DNA from: an uncultured Methanosarcinales archaeon
GTDB taxonomy: Archaea; Nanobdellota; Nanobdellia; Woesearchaeales; DSVV01
Assembly: GCA_964593285.1 (NCBI GenBank)
Contig: CAZQHZ010000004.1
Location: 50,340 to 70,339, forward strand
Length of the DNA: 20,000 bases
Direction of reading: 5' to 3'
The notes below the pieces were generated by a model. The model worked only from the letters and a program-made list of their open reading frames with translations. It searched no databases and was not told where the DNA came from. Positions 17,924 to 20,000 of this stretch are shown here, piece by piece (the stretch's first letter is position 1; the number at the start of each line of letters is the position of its first letter). Position numbers and translations under genes: made by a program.

Positions 17924-19089
17924 AACCAAAAGCATTAACCGGATCTGATGCTGTTGCATTAGCTATGAAACAAATTAATCCAGATGTAGTTCCTGCATAT
18001 CCTATTACTCCGCAAACCCCAATAATGCATGGTTATTCAAAATATCATGCTGATGGAGATGTTGATGGTGAATTAATTAGGGTTGAATCAGAACATTCTG
18101 CAATGTCTGCTGCAGTTGGTGCAAGTGCTGCTGGTACTCGTGTGATGACTGCAACTGCTGCAAATGGCTTAGCTTTAATGTGGGAGATAGTATATATTGC
18201 AGCGTCAATGAGGCTTCCAATTGTTATGGCTGTTGCTAATCGGGCATTATCTGGACCAATAAATATTCATTGTGATCATTCAGATACAATGGGCGCTAGA
18301 GATAGTGGATGGATGCAAATTTATGCTGAAAATAATCAAGAAGCTTATGAAAATACTATTTTTTCGATGAAATTAGCTGAAAGAACAAGAATTCCAATGA
18401 TGTCTTGTCTTGATGGATTTATTACAAGTCATTCAGTTGAAGGGGTTATTCCTTTTAAGGATGAATTAGTAAAAAAATTTATTGGCGAATTAAAACCTAG
18501 ATACCCTTTATTGGATGTTGATACTCCAACAACTCATGGGCCTTTAGATTTATTTGATTATTATTTTGAACATAAAAGAAAACAATCTGAAGATATATTT
18601 TTAGCAAGAAAAGCATTTGATGATGTATCTAGTGAATTTTTTAATATGTTTAATAAAAAAATTGAAATGATTGAAGAATATATGTTAGATGATGCTGAAT
18701 TTGTAATTGTTGCATTATCTTCAAGTTGTGGTACAATTAAGCAAGCAATTGATGATTTACGAAAAGAAAATTTTAAAGTGGGTTTATTAAAAATTAGATT
18801 ATTTAGACCATTTCCAATTGAATTAATAAAAAAGACTTTAAAAAATAAAAAGTTTGTTGGAGTACTTGATAGATCAGAAAGTTTTGGTGCATTTGGTGGT
18901 CCATTGTTTAATGAAATTAGAAATGTTATGTTTAAGGAAGATAATTCTCCTGATATTGTTAATTATATTTATGGTCTTGGTGGTCGTGAATTTGATTTAG
19001 ATCATGCAAAAAATATATTTTATGAATTAAAAGAATATGAAAATATTAAAATTACTGAATATGTTAAATATCTTGGTGTTAGAGAATGA
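17920..19089 (+). CDS. porA: Pyruvate:ferredoxin oxidoreductase alpha subunit
   Basis: Motifs AYPITPQT, VESEHSAMSA, NRALSGPINIHCDHSD and RLFRPFP. Confidence 0.96.
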   Translation: MKPKALTGSDAVALAMKQINPDVVPAYPITPQTPIMHGYSKYHADGDVDGELIRVESEHSAMSAAVGASAAGTRVMTATAANGLALMWEIVYIAASMRLPIVMAVANRALSGPINIHCDHSDTMGARDSGWMQIYAENNQEAYENTIFSMKLAERTRIPMMSCLDGFITSHSVEGVIPFKDELVKKFIGELKPRYPLLDVDTPTTHGPLDLFDYYFEHKRKQSEDIFLARKAFDDVSSEFFNMFNKKIEMIEEYMLDDAEFVIVALSSSCGTIKQAIDDLRKENFKVGLLKIRLFRPFPIELIKKTLKNKKFVGVLDRSESFGAFGGPLFNEIRNVMFKEDNSPDIVNYIYGLGGREFDLDHAKNIFYELKEYENIKITEYVKYLGVRE

Positions 19090-20000
19090 ATTTAAAAGAA
19101 TTAACAAAAAATCCTGAAAGAATTTCATCAGGACATAGGATGTGTCCTGGATGTATTGCACCAGTTGTTGCACGAATGGTACTAAAAGCTACAAATAATC
19201 CTGTTGTTGTAGCATCTGCAACAGGTTGTCTTGAAGTTTCAACAACAATTTATCCATACACTTCATGGAAAGTTCCATTTATTCATAATGCATTTGAAAA
19301 TTGTGCTGCTACAATTTCTGGAATTGAAACAGCATTTAGAGTTTTAAAAAGACAAGGCAAAATAACTAAAGATATTAAATTTTTAGCATTTGGTGGAGAT
19401 GGTGGAACATATGATATTGGTTTACAATCTTTATCTGGTGCACTTGAGCGTGGACATGATTTTGTATATGTATGTTATGATAATGAAGCATATATGAATA
19501 CTGGAATTCAGAGAAGTAGTGCTACACCATTTGGTGCAAGTACAAAAACTGCACCTGCTGGAAAAATGCATCTTGGAAAAGAAGAATTTAAGAAAGATTT
19601 GATGGGCATAGTTACTGCACATAAAATACCTTATGTTGCTCAAGCATCAATACACAATTGGAATGATTTGTTAACAAAAGCTAAAAAAGCATTTGAAACT
19701 AAAGGACCTTCGTTTTTAAACATTTTATCTCCTTGTGTTCCTGGATGGGGAATTAGTATGGATTGTGGTGTTAGTATCTCAAAAATAGCTGTTGAAACTT
19801 GTTTTTGGCCTTTATATGAAGTTATTAATGATGAATATAAATTAAATTTTGATCCAAATGATAAAAAGCTTCCAATTGAAGAGTGGCTAAAACCACAAAT
19901 GAGATTTAAACATTTATTTAGACCAGAAAATAAGCATTTAATTGAAAAAATTCAAAATCAAGTTAACAAAGACTGGGAAAATTTAAAAAAAAGATGTTCT
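19086..20000 (+). CDS. porB: Pyruvate:ferredoxin oxidoreductase beta subunit (TPP-binding); 3' partial, not in ORF track
   Basis: ATG 19086 overlaps the porA stop. Hand translation: MNLKEL...GHRMCPGC, ATGCLEV, GGDGGTYDIGLQ, YDNEAYMNTGIQRS and SPCVPGW. Confidence 0.95.
   Translation, partial: MNLKELTKNPERISSGHRMCPGCIAPVVARMVLKATNNPVVVASATGCLEVSTTIYPYTSWKVPFIHNAFENCAATISGIETAFRVLKRQGKITKDIKFLAFGGDGGTYDIGLQSLSGALERGHDFVYVCYDNEAYMNTGIQRSSATPFGASTKTAPAGKMHLGKEEFKKDLMGIVTAHKIPYVAQASIHNWNDLLTKAKKAFETKGPSFLNILSPCVPGWGISMDCGVSISKIAVETCFWPLYEVINDEYKLNFDPNDKKLPIEEWLKPQMRFKHLFRPENKHLIEKIQNQVNKDWENLKKRCS

Noticed and set aside
17255..19643. 133-aa and 70-aa minus-strand ORFs
   Set aside because: Antisense shadows of porC and porB.

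Overview
Very AT-rich, gene-dense archaeal chromosome segment, most likely DPANN and Woesearchaeota-like. This assignment is inferred from rps8e, membrane-bound LonB, the rio1-KH-top6B-top6A cluster, a fused PriS-PriL primase, a PIP-box DinB and intron-containing tRNAs. Left part (1-7 kb): C-terminus of DNA Pol IV, TauE/SafE transporter, an apparently intact PAS-GAF-GGDEF diguanylate cyclase (unusual for archaea), a nitrilase-family hydrolase, YggS, a metallophosphoesterase, a 51-aa Zn-finger ORF abutting tRNA-Thr(CGT) with a non-canonical 30/31 intron, and a DegT-like PLP enzyme. Centre: rps8e, a double PRC-barrel protein, lonB, rio1, an inserted secreted orphan, a KH protein, top6B/top6A, a 50-aa membrane ORF and the fused primase. 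Right: tRNA-Asn(GTT) with a 37/38 intron and a four-subunit pyruvate:ferredoxin oxidoreductase operon (porCDAB; porB runs off the window). No CRISPR array, IS element or intein was seen. The top candidate for a novel system is c-di-GMP signalling in an archaeon.
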